Assembly (NCBI GenBank): GCA_051117635.1
Contig: JBNPEH010000029.1
Span: 53,861 to 117,860, forward strand
DNA length: 64,000 nt
Reading direction: 5' to 3'
DNA from: Opitutales bacterium
GTDB taxonomy: Bacteria > Verrucomicrobiota > Verrucomicrobiia > Opitutales > JABSRG01
The notes below the pieces were generated by a model. That model searched no databases, was not told the origin of the DNA, and worked only from the letters and a program-made list of their open reading frames with translations. How positions within the stretch are numbered: the stretch's first letter is position 1; the number at the start of each line of letters is the position of its first letter. Of this stretch, positions 37,349 through 48,495 are shown piece after piece. A program made the position numbers and the translations under genes.

Positions 37349-37563
37349 AGAATATCAACCTTGTCTCAGGTTGCGGCCTATTCCGACGGCGGGGTGTCAA
37401 AGCGCGGCGGTTGGGCAAGCGACCGCTTAGCCGGAAACGCCTCGGTCAACCTGCGACGGCCGTCGCGATCGTTGCGCCGTTGCGTGAACCCGCCCCCACC
37501 CGTCTCGGCCCTGGTGACCGTCCTGGTTCAACCTCCTCTGGGCCTGAACCCAGCGCCCTCCGC

Positions 37564-39057
37564 TCAGCTCTCGACCTGGATGCTGTATTGCTCGATGCGC
37601 TTGCGCAGGGTGGCGCGGGTCATGCCGACGATGCCGGCGGCCCGGGCCTGATTGCCCTCGGTCTCGCGGAGGGCGCGCTCGATCATGGCGGCTTCGAGTG
37701 TCTGGAGCATCTGCTTGTCCTCCTGGTCGCGCAGGTAGCGGAAGACCTGATCCATGAGGGTATCCCAGTCCGGGGCACTGGCGGCGAAAGGAGGAATGGT
37801 ATCCCCGCCGGCCACGGGGGCCTCGGCTGAATCGGGTTCGCTGGTGGGCTCCCCGGCGGCCTCGCCACAGCGACGGATTTCGTCGGGCAGGTCCTTGATG
37901 AGGATGGTCTCGCCCTGGGCTATCACCGCGCTGCGGTAGATGACGTTTTCGAGCTCCCGGACATTTCCGGGCCAGTGATAGGTCTTGAGCAGGTTAAGGG
38001 CGGCCGGCGACAGCGTTTTGACGTGCGTCTTGCGGTCTTTGGCCAGCCGCTGGACCATGAAGTCGACCAGCTCGGGAATGTCCTCCTTCCGCTCACGAAG
38101 CGGGGGCAGGTGCACCCGGACGACATTCAGCCGGTAATAGAGATCCTCCCGGAATTCCTTCTTCTCGACCAGTTCCTCGAGCGGCTTGTTGGTGGCGGCG
38201 ACCAGACGCACGTCGACCTTGATGGTCTCGGAGCCCCCGACGCGCTGGATCTCGCCCTCCTGCAGCGCCCGCAGGATCTTCGTCTGGGTCGACAGCGACA
38301 TGTCCCCGATTTCATCGAGGAAGATGGTACCCTTGTCGCAGAGCTCAAACTTGCCCGCACGCTGGCCGGTCGCCCCGGTGAAGGATCCTTTTTCGTGACC
38401 GAACAACTCGCTCTCGATCAGGTTCTCCGGGATGGCGGCGCAGTTGACCGCGATGAAATTCCCCCGCGTGCGGTGCGAGTGCTGATAGATGCAGCGGGCA
38501 ACCAGCTCCTTGCCGGTGCCGCTTTCGCCGGTGATCATCACGGTGGCGTCACTGGCGGCGACCTGACCGATCAGCTTGAACACCTCACGCATGGCCTCGC
38601 CCGAGCCAACGATGCCTTCCTTGTAGTCCTCCGAATTAAGCAACGGCTGGTAGGCGTTCTCTGCTTTGTCGAGGTCGGCATGGCTGCGAGCGGCGTTTTC
38701 GGTCATGGCCACCAGCTTCTTCACGTCGAAGGGCTTGGACACGTAGTCGAAGGCGCCGAATTTCATCGCCTCGATCACCGTCTGGGTGTTCGAGTACGCC
38801 GTCATCAGGATGATCATGGCGGTGGGCACGGAAGTCCGGAGATGTTGCAGTGTCTCGAGACCGCTCATGCCCTCCATCCGGTTATCCAGCAGGATAACCT
38901 CGGGATTGATCGACTCGGCTACCTCCAACCCCTTTTCCCCGCTCTCGGCCTCGACGACTTCGAAGCCCCGCGAGGAGAGCACCCGCTGCAGGGAGTAGCG
39001 GATCTCGGTGTCATCATCGATGACCAGGACGGTTGCGTTTGCCTTGGATTCAGCCAT
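37564..39057 (-). CDS. Sigma54-dependent NtrC-family response regulator
   Basis: Receiver domain, [37 protein letters not shown], Fis-type HTH. Confidence 0.95.
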   Translation of the reverse strand: MAESKANATVLVIDDDTEIRYSLQRVLSSRGFEVVEAESGEKGLEVAESINPEVILLDNRMEGMSGLETLQHLRTSVPTAMIILMTAYSNTQTVIEAMKFGAFDYVSKPFDVKKLVAMTENAARSHADLDKAENAYQPLLNSEDYKEGIVGSGEAMREVFKLIGQVAASDATVMITGESGTGKELVARCIYQHSHRTRGNFIAVNCAAIPENLIESELFGHEKGSFTGATGQRAGKFELCDKGTIFLDEIGDMSLSTQTKILRALQEGEIQRVGGSETIKVDVRLVAATNKPLEELVEKKEFREDLYYRLNVVRVHLPPLRERKEDIPELVDFMVQRLAKDRKTHVKTLSPAALNLLKTYHWPGNVRELENVIYRSAVIAQGETILIKDLPDEIRRCGEAAGEPTSEPDSAEAPVAGGDTIPPFAASAPDWDTLMDQVFRYLRDQEDKQMLQTLEAAMIERALRETEGNQARAAGIVGMTRATLRKRIEQYSIQVES

Positions 39058-39125
39058 GGTGCGGACCTCTCGCCCGAACAAAACCCGCTAAGGTTAGCGG
39101 AGTCAAAAAGCGAGTATTACCGCAT

Positions 39126-40277
39126 ATGCGTTCCTGGTCCATCAACCTCTTCCGCATCTTCGGCATCCAAGTCGATCTGCATGCGACCTTCCTGCTCCTG
39201 ATCGGCGCCTTGAGCGGGCTAGCCTTTTACCGGGAGGGCCTGACCAGTGCCATCCAGACCCTGATTGTCCTGACCCTGGTCTTCACCTGCGTGCTGCTCC
39301 ATGAACTCGGGCACTGCCTGACCGCGCGGAAATTCGGCATCCAGGTACCGCGTATCGTCCTGTTGCCGATCGGCGGCATGGCCCAGTTTGAGTCGATACC
39401 CCGCGAGCCCCGCAAGGAGCTGCTCATCACACTGGCCGGCCCCGCTGTCAACTTCGTCATCGCCGGGCTGATTCTGCTGGTCTGGGGCCTGCCGGAGGAC
39501 CCGGCGCTGATTTTCCGTTACCCACAGGCCTTCGGGTTGCCCGCCATCCTGCTGGTGGTCAACCTCGCGATGGGTTTCTTCAACCTGCTTCCGGTTTTTC
39601 CGATGGACGGTGGCCGCATCTTCCGCGCGCTGCTGGCGACCCGTTTCAGTTACCTGCGGTCCACCCAGGCCGCCGTTTACGTCGGGAAGACGCTCGCCCT
39701 GGCCGGCATCTTCCTCGCCCTCTTTCAATACCAGGCCATCCTGCTGGCCTGCCTCTTCGCCTTCATCTATCTGGGCGGCGATATGGAATGGGACATGGTC
39801 CGCCGCACCGAGAAATACCGCGGGTTGTCAGCCGGAGACATTGCCCACGACCGATTCCTGCGGGTTTCCCCGGACATGTCGCTCCGGTCGCTCCTCGACA
39901 GCCATCCGGCCGCCGGCAACGACGCCTGGCTGGTGCAGGATCCCAACAACCGGGCTATCGGCGTGATCGATGCCGAAACGATCCGCAAGGCGGCACGGGA
40001 AGCGGGCCTGCACCACCCGGTCGCCCGCTACATGATTCCGACGAAGGTACTCCTCCAGCAGGATTGGCCCCTGGAGTACTTCGCCGGGCGCCTCGAGCGC
40101 GGTGATCAGCGCCTGTATCCGGTTTATCACCACATGGACCTGGTGGGTGTGATCGACGCCAACCAATTACAGCCCACGCTGGATTGGGCGCACCTGCGGC
40201 GGTCGCCCCGGCCGGCCCGACCACCCCACCCGGCAAAGCCTTCCGCTTCCGCAGGGAAAAAGCCTTCGGGCGGTTGA
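39126..40277 (+). CDS. Site-2 protease (M50) with CBS-like domains
   Basis: HELGH, AGPAVN, NLLP.FPMDGGR. Confidence 0.92.
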   Translation: MRSWSINLFRIFGIQVDLHATFLLLIGALSGLAFYREGLTSAIQTLIVLTLVFTCVLLHELGHCLTARKFGIQVPRIVLLPIGGMAQFESIPREPRKELLITLAGPAVNFVIAGLILLVWGLPEDPALIFRYPQAFGLPAILLVVNLAMGFFNLLPVFPMDGGRIFRALLATRFSYLRSTQAAVYVGKTLALAGIFLALFQYQAILLACLFAFIYLGGDMEWDMVRRTEKYRGLSAGDIAHDRFLRVSPDMSLRSLLDSHPAAGNDAWLVQDPNNRAIGVIDAETIRKAAREAGLHHPVARYMIPTKVLLQQDWPLEYFAGRLERGDQRLYPVYHHMDLVGVIDANQLQPTLDWAHLRRSPRPARPPHPAKPSASAGKKPSGG

Positions 40278-40306
40278 AGCCTCCCGGAGCGGGGCTAGGC
40301 TGCCGC

Positions 40307-41014
40307 ATGCCTGCCGATGCCGACAAACCGCCGTTGCTCGTGGTCGAACGGGTGATGCGCCATTATGGGGAGCAGCCCGTTCTCCGTGGCGTCGATTTCA
40401 CCGTACACAGCGGCGAACGGGTCGCGCTGATGGGCCCCTCCGGCAGCGGCAAGACCACCCTGCTGAATTGCCTGGGTGGGATCGATCGACCCGACAGCGG
40501 ACACATCCGTCTGGAGGGCACCGACCTGGCTGCGCTTGCCCCACCTGATCTGGCCAAAATCCGCCGCACCCGGCTTGGCCAGGTGTTCCAGTTTTTTCAC
40601 CTCCTGCCGACCCTGTCAGCGGCCGAGAACGTCGAACTGCCGCTCCAGCTGAATGGGGTTCCGCCCGACGAACGGGCCGACCGGGTGGCCGAGCTCCTCG
40701 AAGCCTCCGGCATCGCCCAACGGGGTCATGCCCGGCCGGCCGAATTAAGCGGCGGTGAAATGCAGCGCGTGGCCATCGCCCGGGCCCTGGCCGCGCGCCC
40801 GGCACTGATCCTGGCCGACGAACCGACAGGCAATCTGGACAGCAAAACCGGTCAGGTCATCCTCGACCTGCTGGAGCGGCTGTCCGACGAATTCCGGACC
40901 GCGGTCCTGCTGGTGACGCACAGCCGGGCGGCGACCCGCATCTGTGGCCGGACCCTCGCCATGAAAGACGGCACGGTTCAACCCGCCGGGCGGGATGCCG
41001 TCCCCTCGGCCTGA
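40307..41014 (+). CDS. LolD/MacB-like ABC ATP-binding protein
   Basis: [30 protein letters not shown]. Confidence 0.93.
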   Translation: MPADADKPPLLVVERVMRHYGEQPVLRGVDFTVHSGERVALMGPSGSGKTTLLNCLGGIDRPDSGHIRLEGTDLAALAPPDLAKIRRTRLGQVFQFFHLLPTLSAAENVELPLQLNGVPPDERADRVAELLEASGIAQRGHARPAELSGGEMQRVAIARALAARPALILADEPTGNLDSKTGQVILDLLERLSDEFRTAVLLVTHSRAATRICGRTLAMKDGTVQPAGRDAVPSA

Positions 41015-41031
41015 CTGAAAAACCGGCTTCC

Positions 41032-43659
41032 ATGCTTACGGTTCTCCTGCAGCGGTTCACGCTCCGTCATTGGATTCAGGGCTGGAAGGAAACCCTGCTG
41101 CTGTTGCTGATTCTCGCGCTCGGTGTCGGGGTCTTTCTCTCCGTGCGCATGGCCAATCGCGCGGCGGTGGTCAGCTTCCAGGCCTTCACCGAAACCCTGA
41201 CCGGCGAAGGTGACTGGCTGGTGCGGTCCCCCGCGGGGCGACTGACGGAGGCGGACCTTCTCGCCATGCGTGAGGCCCTGGAGCATCGCCCGGTGGTCTT
41301 GCATCCCATTCTGGAGGTGACCGCCACCTGGCCCCGGCAGGCGGACGACCCGCTGGTCGGGCGCAATGTGTTTCAACTGGTGGGAATCGACCTGATCAAT
41401 ATTCAGAACTTGCCCGGGATCCAGCGCCGGCAGAACCGGATCCTGTTTCAGACCGGGGACACTGATCCCGCCTTCGCCGTGCAGGGCGATGTCTTTGAAA
41501 CCCTGGGACGCAAGGACGCGCTCTTCATCACCAGGGCCTTCGCGCAGGCGGCCGGCCTCAAGAGCGGGGACACACTGGACCTGCTCGTCGGAGACCGGAT
41601 TCACACCCTGACGGTATGGGGGGTGCTACCCGATGATCCGGCCTATCCCACGCCACCGGACAACCTCATGGTGATGGACCTGCCCGCGCTCCAACAGCTG
41701 GCGGGGCGCCCACAGGCACTGGACCGCGTCGAGGTGTGGCTCGAACCCGGCGGCGACCTCCGCCAACGACGCGCGGCCGTCCGGGAAACGCTTCTGGCCG
41801 CCGGTAACGGCACCTGGGTGGTGGAAACCCCGGCCACCCGCCGCCAGACCGGCGAGACCATGACCCGGGCCTTCCGGATGAACCTGACCGTGCTGTCGCT
41901 CGTCGCCCTGGTCGTCGGACTGTACCTGATCCTCCAGGCGCTCGAAGCCGCGGTCGTCCGGCGGCGCGAGGAAACCGCTGTCCTGCGGTCGCTCGGCATC
42001 GAACCGGCAACCATCCGCCTCGCCTGGCTGCTGGAATCCGGCCTCCTCGGACTCGTTGGCGGGGGCCTTGGTATCGTGCTCGGCTGGGCCGGCGCACAGG
42101 CCAGCGTCCAGGCCGTCTCGCGAACCGTCAACGCGCTCTACCAGGCCAGTTCAGTGGAAGCTGCACACCTCCGGCCAGGCGATATCCTGACCGGGCTGCT
42201 GCTCGGTACGCTCGCCAGCCTCGCCGCCGGGTGGGTGCCCGCCCGTGAGGCCGCCGCCACCCCCCCCGCACAGATCCTGCGCCGCGGCCACGTCGACGCC
42301 GGGCTGCGGCTGCTTAACCGTCCGGGCGCCGGCCTGCTGCTGATCCTGGCCGGGATCGTTCTCGCCCGGTTGCCTGCCCTGCCGCTCGCCGCCGGCAACC
42401 GTTTTCCGCTGGCCGGCTACCTGGCCGCCCTCGCCTGGATCGTGGGCGGCAGCATGCTGATCCCGGTCCTGATGCCGGTCCTGGCGCGACTGGCCGAGCC
42501 GGTCAGCCGGCGGCTGGTCGAGGCCCGGGTGGCCTTCAGCCGCCTGCGCGACGCCTCGGGCCGCCACAAGCTGGCGGCGGCCGGGCTGTTCATCGCGCTG
42601 GGCATGGCGAGCGGCATGGCGATCCTCATCCAGAGCTTCGAAACCACGATGCAGGCCTGGATCCGGCAGGTGCTGGTGGCCGACATCTACCTGACCAGCG
42701 ATGCCAACCAGAGCGCCAGCGGCACCAGCAAGGTGCGCGGCGAGACCGCCGCCGCCATCAGCACCTTCGACGGCATCGCGGACAGCGAGGCCTACCGCAG
42801 CTTCCGGATCGAGATCGACGGTGTCAGCACCTTCCTCGCCGGGGTGGACTTCGAAAAGGTGCTCAGCTCGGGCCGTCTGGTCTGGGCCGCCCCGCCCGGG
42901 GAACCCGTCCCTGGGCGCGTATCCGGTGAGCCGATACAGGTCCTGGTCTCGGAAAGCTTCACCGCGCGCTTCGATGCCGGGCGCGGCGATGGGCTTTCGT
43001 TGCCCACGCCGCAGGGCCCGGTGACGGCGGAAATTGCGGCCGTTTTCGCCGACTACGGCAACGAGCGGGGATCCGTCCTTGCCCCAGGGGCCTGGGTGGC
43101 CGAACGGTGGGATACCGACGCCGTTTCCAGCCTTGCGCTGACCGTGGCGGACGGGCGCGATCCGGCCCGGGTGGCGGACGCGCTCCGGCAGGCCTACCCC
43201 GGGCTGAGCATCCAGACCAACCGGGCGCTGCGGACGGAGGTCCTGCGCATTTTCCGGCAGACCTTCGCCATCACTTATGCGCTGGAGGCGATCGGCATCG
43301 TGGTGGCCGTGCTCGGGCTGGCGCTGGCGCTGATCAGCCTCATCCTGGAGACGCGAACCGACCTGACGACGCTCCGCAGCCTCGGCATGAACCGCTTCGG
43401 GATCGCACGGGTGCTAGCCTGGGAAGGCACCGGGATCGCGCTTGCCGGGACGATCGGCGGACTGTTGCTCAGCGTCGCGCTGGGCTGGCTCCTTGTCTAC
43501 GTCATCAACAAGCAGGCCTTCGGCTGGACACTGGCCTGGGACATACCGGTCCTCATCCTGGCGTCGATGGCGCTCGTCCTGATCGGCACGGGTGCCCTGG
43601 TCGGACGTATCGTCGGCGGCTGGGCCGGACGCCTGCCCGCCGAGCGCGAGCGGGAGTGA
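41032..43659 (+). CDS. FtsX/MacB-like double-domain ABC permease
   Basis: Two MacB-periplasmic plus FtsX TM repeats; INKQAFGWT motif. Confidence 0.88.
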   Translation: MLTVLLQRFTLRHWIQGWKETLLLLLILALGVGVFLSVRMANRAAVVSFQAFTETLTGEGDWLVRSPAGRLTEADLLAMREALEHRPVVLHPILEVTATWPRQADDPLVGRNVFQLVGIDLINIQNLPGIQRRQNRILFQTGDTDPAFAVQGDVFETLGRKDALFITRAFAQAAGLKSGDTLDLLVGDRIHTLTVWGVLPDDPAYPTPPDNLMVMDLPALQQLAGRPQALDRVEVWLEPGGDLRQRRAAVRETLLAAGNGTWVVETPATRRQTGETMTRAFRMNLTVLSLVALVVGLYLILQALEAAVVRRREETAVLRSLGIEPATIRLAWLLESGLLGLVGGGLGIVLGWAGAQASVQAVSRTVNALYQASSVEAAHLRPGDILTGLLLGTLASLAAGWVPAREAAATPPAQILRRGHVDAGLRLLNRPGAGLLLILAGIVLARLPALPLAAGNRFPLAGYLAALAWIVGGSMLIPVLMPVLARLAEPVSRRLVEARVAFSRLRDASGRHKLAAAGLFIALGMASGMAILIQSFETTMQAWIRQVLVADIYLTSDANQSASGTSKVRGETAAAISTFDGIADSEAYRSFRIEIDGVSTFLAGVDFEKVLSSGRLVWAAPPGEPVPGRVSGEPIQVLVSESFTARFDAGRGDGLSLPTPQGPVTAEIAAVFADYGNERGSVLAPGAWVAERWDTDAVSSLALTVADGRDPARVADALRQAYPGLSIQTNRALRTEVLRIFRQTFAITYALEAIGIVVAVLGLALALISLILETRTDLTTLRSLGMNRFGIARVLAWEGTGIALAGTIGGLLLSVALGWLLVYVINKQAFGWTLAWDIPVLILASMALVLIGTGALVGRIVGGWAGRLPAERERE

Positions 43660-43937
43660 CGGAGGGAGGGTTGAGGTTAACCACTGATGGTAGGAACGGT
43701 GGGGTTAACCACGGATGCACACGGATGGGGCACTGATGGGGGGATCTGATTGAGGAGGTTATGCTCCGACGCGATCAAAGGCCGTCTGCAAAAAACGTGG
43801 CCGCGCCTTCAGGCGTGGTTTGAGGATGTCTGGGGCGCCGCGCCGACGGGCCGAACGCCTTAGAGCTGCCTCGTGGCCGTGAACTTGGCACGAACAGGTT
43901 AATTGATTGCCGCACCATGTCCCCCCGCTACGCCTAA

Positions 43938-44290
43938 ACCGGACTTCTCATGAAGCCCAGATGTGATGAGCTGCCCCTGTCCGCCATAGCTCGAAGAGCG
44001 ACGGCGGAAGGCGGCGTGTCCGCCATAACCCGAAGGGTGACGGCGGGAGGGCGAAACCGGTTGGGCGTGCACTGAGGTGCTCGTCCAAGCGGTTTCCAGC
44101 CCGACTACCGAGCCCGCAGGGCGACACCTCAACGAGCGCAGCGAGAATAACACGCCGCAGATCGCGCATGTGGGCGAAAAGAATCGGAAAAATGGGCACA
44201 ACCATGAACGTGCATTTCGAAGAAATGCTTCAAGCCCTTCGGCCAGAATCCCTTACCGCCCATTTTTCCGATTCTGGTGAGAAGTTCGGG
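43938..44290 (+). mobile_element. MITE family A, full copy 3 (353 bp)
   Basis: TIRs ACCGGACTTCTCA/TGAGAAGTTCGGG; exact target duplication CTAA. Confidence 0.9.
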
Positions 44291-44360
44291 CTAATCCCTT
44301 CCGGGCTTGACCCGGTGGCGCCGCTGATTTGTGTTCCTGCCTTTCCCAGACCCCGCTTTG

Positions 44361-44435
<75 letters not shown>

Positions 44436-44438
44436 TTT

Positions 44439-44482
44439 AAAAAAAAGCCCGTACCGGAAATTCCGTTACGGGCTTTTTTTTT
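44439..44482. terminator. Bidirectional intrinsic terminator
   Basis: A8-GCCCGTA...TACGGGC-T9. Confidence 0.85.
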
Positions 44483-44487
44483 CGGCG

Positions 44488-44775
44488 TCAACCGGCCATA
44501 CCGAGGTCGCGCAGGATAGTGCTGACGCCGTTGACCACGAACTGCACCGCCAGGGTGGCGACCAGGAGGCCGGCCAGCCGCTGGATGATTTTCAGGAGAA
44601 TCGGGCTCACCCACCCGGCGCCCTTGGCGGACAGCGCGAGGATGCCATAGCTGACCCCGCAGACGAGCAGGATGACCGCGTACACGATCGCATTCTGCAC
44701 CCAGTCCGCTGCCTCCCCCTGCAACAGCAGGACGAGACAGGTCACGCCGCAAGCAGGAGGAAACCAAAGCATCAA
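44488..44775 (-). pseudogene. MarC-family membrane protein, C-terminal half only
   Basis: KIIQRLAGLLVATLAVQFVVNGV is the MarC C-terminal signature; only about 95 aa present. Confidence 0.65.
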
Positions 44776-44834
44776 CCCGGCCTGCCTTCAACGGTTTGAC
44801 CTGAACCCCGGTTCCCAGGGCTCTGCCCCTCCCC

Positions 44835-45824
44835 ATGCTGTACCCTTTGCTCATGAAGGTACGGATCGACAACCTGAGGCCGCGGCGTGACACGGAGGGC
44901 CATATCCTCGACGCGCATGGAGGGGCCTTGTTCAACCGGTTCGACGGGGTCTACTACAACTACGGGGTCCGTTACGGGGAAACCGACGGCTATTCCCCGG
45001 CCATCGATTTTGCCTGCTACACCTCCAAGGATCTCCAGACCTGGCGGCACCGGGGCTCGATCTGGGACGGTACTCAGCGGACCGGCATGCACTTCCGCCC
45101 GCATGTCGTCCGGCATCCGGCATCCGGTCGCTTCATCCTCTGGTTTTTGTTCTACGAACGCTTTCAGCGACCGGGACCGGAAAAAACCGGGCCCAATATC
45201 TGTATCAAGGGAACCGCGACCGCCGAGTCGCCGGCCGGCCCGTTCACGCCGCATCAATACGGTGTGCCCCTGTCCTGCGCGTTGTCGGGCGACCATGACC
45301 TGTTTGTGGACGAGGACGGCACCGCCTACCTGGCCCACTCCCACCACGACTTTTCCGGAGAAAAAGGCCGGGCCACCATCCGCGTCGAACGCCTCAATCC
45401 CGATTACCTGTCCTCGTCCGGGGAACACGTGGTACTCGAGTCGGAGGGAATCCCCTGCGAGGCCCCCGCCCTGTTCAAAAGGAACGACACCTATTACTGC
45501 CTCTTTGACCAGTGGACCGACCGGCTCAAGTGGGGCTCCGGTGCCCGCGTCTACACCGCCGCCCACCCGCTCGGTCCCTGGACCTACCGGGGCAACCCGA
45601 ACCGCAACGACCAGGGCGAATTCATTGTCTGGGCGCAGCAGAATACGGTCGCCCGGATCGAAAGCGAAACCGGGCCCGTCTATCTGTGGGCCGGGGACCG
45701 CTGGCGCACCACCGAACACCTCGGCACGGATCTCCAGTACTGGCACCCCCTTTCCTTCAGCGACGACGGCATGATCCAGCCCTTCGCCTTTCAGGACAGC
45801 TGGACCATCGACCTGCCCGTCTAA
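44835..45824 (+). CDS. GH43-like five-bladed beta-propeller glycoside hydrolase (no signal peptide)
   Basis: DAHGG, YTSKDL.TW, RP.V, D..LFVDEDGTAYL, EAPALFKRN..YY, AQQ, GDRW. Confidence 0.85.
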   Translation: MLYPLLMKVRIDNLRPRRDTEGHILDAHGGALFNRFDGVYYNYGVRYGETDGYSPAIDFACYTSKDLQTWRHRGSIWDGTQRTGMHFRPHVVRHPASGRFILWFLFYERFQRPGPEKTGPNICIKGTATAESPAGPFTPHQYGVPLSCALSGDHDLFVDEDGTAYLAHSHHDFSGEKGRATIRVERLNPDYLSSSGEHVVLESEGIPCEAPALFKRNDTYYCLFDQWTDRLKWGSGARVYTAAHPLGPWTYRGNPNRNDQGEFIVWAQQNTVARIESETGPVYLWAGDRWRTTEHLGTDLQYWHPLSFSDDGMIQPFAFQDSWTIDLPV

Positions 45825-45835
45825 CTTGTATCGAA

Positions 45836-47101
45836 ATGGCTGATACCGACGACCGCGTTTTCGCCACCTACCGGCTGGAGTCCCCGGGCGACCCGGAAGC
45901 GGCCGCCACCGCCCTGGCGGGCGAACAGTCCTCCGGCACCTTCGTTCCCGTGCCCGGCGAAACGCCCGCCCTGAAGGCACGCTTTGCCGCCCGCGTCGAG
46001 GCTGTCGAGCCCCTCGATCCCGCCGACCGCCCCAGCCTGCCCGGCGGCGCCGGCACGGAAGGCCCCTGCCACCGGGCGCGCGTCCGGATCTCCTGGCCGG
46101 TTGGCAATTTCCCCGAAGACATCCCCGCGCTGTGGGCCGCCGTCCTCGGCAACCTCTTTGAGATGCGGCAGGTAACCGGGCTGAAACTTGAGGCACTCGA
46201 CCTGCCGGCTTTCCTCACCGACCGCTATCGAGGGCCCCGTTTCGGCGCGAGCGGGACTCGCCACCTCGCCGGCGTCCCGGATAACCGCCCCCTCATCGGA
46301 ACCATCATCAAGCCCAGTGTCGGCCTCACCCCGGAGGCGACGGCCGACCTCGTCCAGACACTGGCCGAGGCCGGTCTCGACTTCGTGAAGGACGACGAGC
46401 TGATGGTTTCCACCGCCAACGCTGCTTTCCGTCAGCGGGTCGAGCACGTTATGGCGGTTGTCAACCGCGAGGCCGACCGGACGGGCAGGCAAATCATGGT
46501 CGCCTTCAACCTCAGCGGAACGCTGGAGGTCATGAAGCGGCGGTATGAGACCATCGTCGAGGCGGGCGGCACCTGTGCGATGCTCAACCTCAACGCCGTC
46601 GGCTGGTCCGGGGTGCACGAGGTCTGCCGCTGGGGTCAACTCGCCGTTCACGGCCACCGCAACGGCTGGGGCATGCTGACACGTCACCCCTGGCTCGGCA
46701 TGGACTTTTCCGCTTACCAGGCCTTCTGGCGGCTGGCCGGAGTCGATCACCTGCATGTCAACGGCCTGGCCAACAAATTCTGGGAACCCGATGCCTCGGT
46801 CGTCCGCTCCATCCGGGCCTGTTCCACGCCCCTCGGCAACCTGGGACCGCTGCTGCCGGTGGTCTCGTCGGGCCAATGGGGCGGCCAGGCCTTCGACACC
46901 TGGCGGCAAACCGGGACCACCGACCTGCTCTACCTGGCCGGTGGCGGCATTCATGCCCATCCGGACGGACCGGGCGCCGGGGTCCAGGCGATCCGGCAGG
47001 CCTGGCAGGCAGCGGTGGACGGCCTCGACCCGAACGCCGCCGCCGACCGGTATCCGGCCTTCAGGCGCTCCAGGGAAACCTTTGGAAACCCGGCCTCATG
47101 A
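45836..47101 (+). CDS. RuBisCO-like protein (form IV), related to 3-oxo-isoapionate-4-phosphate decarboxylase/transcarboxylase
   Basis: GEQSSGTF, GNLF, GTIIKPSVGL, DFVKDDE, HGHRNG, SSGQ, AGGGI. Confidence 0.88.
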   Translation: MADTDDRVFATYRLESPGDPEAAATALAGEQSSGTFVPVPGETPALKARFAARVEAVEPLDPADRPSLPGGAGTEGPCHRARVRISWPVGNFPEDIPALWAAVLGNLFEMRQVTGLKLEALDLPAFLTDRYRGPRFGASGTRHLAGVPDNRPLIGTIIKPSVGLTPEATADLVQTLAEAGLDFVKDDELMVSTANAAFRQRVEHVMAVVNREADRTGRQIMVAFNLSGTLEVMKRRYETIVEAGGTCAMLNLNAVGWSGVHEVCRWGQLAVHGHRNGWGMLTRHPWLGMDFSAYQAFWRLAGVDHLHVNGLANKFWEPDASVVRSIRACSTPLGNLGPLLPVVSSGQWGGQAFDTWRQTGTTDLLYLAGGGIHAHPDGPGAGVQAIRQAWQAAVDGLDPNAAADRYPAFRRSRETFGNPAS

Positions 47102-48495
47102 GTGCGGGATCGTGCCAGATCGCCTTCTATGGCGATGACTTCACGGGCTCCACCGATGCGCTGGAGTGCCTCACCCGCGCCGGCCTTGACCCGATTCTCT
47201 TTCTGGAAGCGCCGACCCCCGAGCGCTGGAAAGCGTTTGCCGGCCGCGATGCCTTCGGGGTGGCGGGCCTCACCCGTTCCCTGCCGCCCGACCCGATGGC
47301 CGGGGAACTGACGCCCGCCTTCGAACGCATCCGGGCAATCGGTCCCCGGCACCTCCACTACAAGGTCTGCTCCACCTTTGATTCCTCGCCTGAAATCGGA
47401 AACATCGCCCGCGCCATCGCGGTCGGCCGGGCGATCTTTGAAAATCCGGTCACCCCGGTCGTGCCGCCGGTCCCGCACCTGGGTCGCTACTGTGCCTTCG
47501 GCAACCTCTTTGCCCGGCAGGCCATCAAAGACCGGGCCGACATTCACCGCCTGGACCGTCATCCCTCGATGCGGGACCACCCCACCACCCCGGCCCATGA
47601 AGCCGACCTCCGGCTTCACCTGGCCGCCCAGGGCACCTTCACCATGGGCCTGTTCGATCTCCTCGATCTGGCCAGACCCGCCGCACATCGGAAGGAACGG
47701 GTGCGGCGCTTCCGCACCGACGGCACCGAGGTGCTTTTTTTCGACGGCCTTTACCCGGAGCACATGCCGCGCATCGGCGAGGCGCTCGACGTCCTGGCCG
47801 AGGACCAGGCGACCCTCTTTTCGGTGGGGTCATCGGGGGTGGATACCGCGCTTGGCGAGCACTGGGCCGCCACGGACCAGGTGATTCCCCGGACCGACTG
47901 GCAACCGCTCAAGCCGGCCGGCACGGTCCTGGTGCTGGCTGGCAGCGTATCGCCGGTCACCGCCCGGCAGATTGAAACCGCGCGGGCAGCCGGGTTCGTG
48001 GACGTGCCCGTGGCGCCGGACGTCCTGGAGGATCCGGACCGGCGGGATGCCCGGATTGCCGAGTCCGCGGACCGGGTCGCCCGGGCCCTCAAGGGCGGCC
48101 GTAGCGTGCTGGTGCACACCTGCGAAGGCCCGAGCGACGAGCGCCTCCAGGCCTGCCGCCGGATCCTGGCCGGACAGGGACTGGACCAGGCGGGAATCCG
48201 GGGCGCGACTGCGACCCGGTTCGGCGAGGTCCTCGGCCGGATCGGTCGGGACGCCCTGGGCACCGCGGACGCCGGTCGCCTCATCGTGGCGGGTGGCGAC
48301 ACATCGAGCCGGGTGGCCCGGCACCTGGGCGTGGAAGCTGTCGAAATGACGACCCCGCTTTATCCCGGTGCTCCCTTGTGCCGCGCTCTGGCCCCCGACT
48401 CACCGGTGGACGGCATGGAACTCAATTTCAAAGGCGGCCAGGTCGGGGATGACCTCTACTTTGCCGCCCTGCTCGCCGGAAAGCGCCCTTCATGA
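47098..48495 (+). CDS. Four-carbon acid-sugar kinase (DUF1537 family)
   Basis: GDDFTGSTD, YKVCSTFDS, GS.S.VT..Q, AGGDTS, KGGQVG. Confidence 0.92.
   Translation: MSAGSCQIAFYGDDFTGSTDALECLTRAGLDPILFLEAPTPERWKAFAGRDAFGVAGLTRSLPPDPMAGELTPAFERIRAIGPRHLHYKVCSTFDSSPEIGNIARAIAVGRAIFENPVTPVVPPVPHLGRYCAFGNLFARQAIKDRADIHRLDRHPSMRDHPTTPAHEADLRLHLAAQGTFTMGLFDLLDLARPAAHRKERVRRFRTDGTEVLFFDGLYPEHMPRIGEALDVLAEDQATLFSVGSSGVDTALGEHWAATDQVIPRTDWQPLKPAGTVLVLAGSVSPVTARQIETARAAGFVDVPVAPDVLEDPDRRDARIAESADRVARALKGGRSVLVHTCEGPSDERLQACRRILAGQGLDQAGIRGATATRFGEVLGRIGRDALGTADAGRLIVAGGDTSSRVARHLGVEAVEMTTPLYPGAPLCRALAPDSPVDGMELNFKGGQVGDDLYFAALLAGKRPS

Noticed and set aside
33760-37560. Integron integrase or attI site next to the cassette array
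   Set aside because: No ORF with tyrosine-recombinase R-H-R-Y motifs and no space for one; the flanks are an ABC ATPase gene and an NtrC-type regulator
40307-43659. Missing lipocalin-like partner after the FtsX-type ABC pair as a novel system
   Set aside because: The partner could be elsewhere in the genome; nothing in the window supports a distinct function
45836-47101. RuBisCO for CO2 fixation
   Set aside because: About 420 aa, form IV motifs, no small subunit or phosphoribulokinase, and coupled to a DUF1537 kinase
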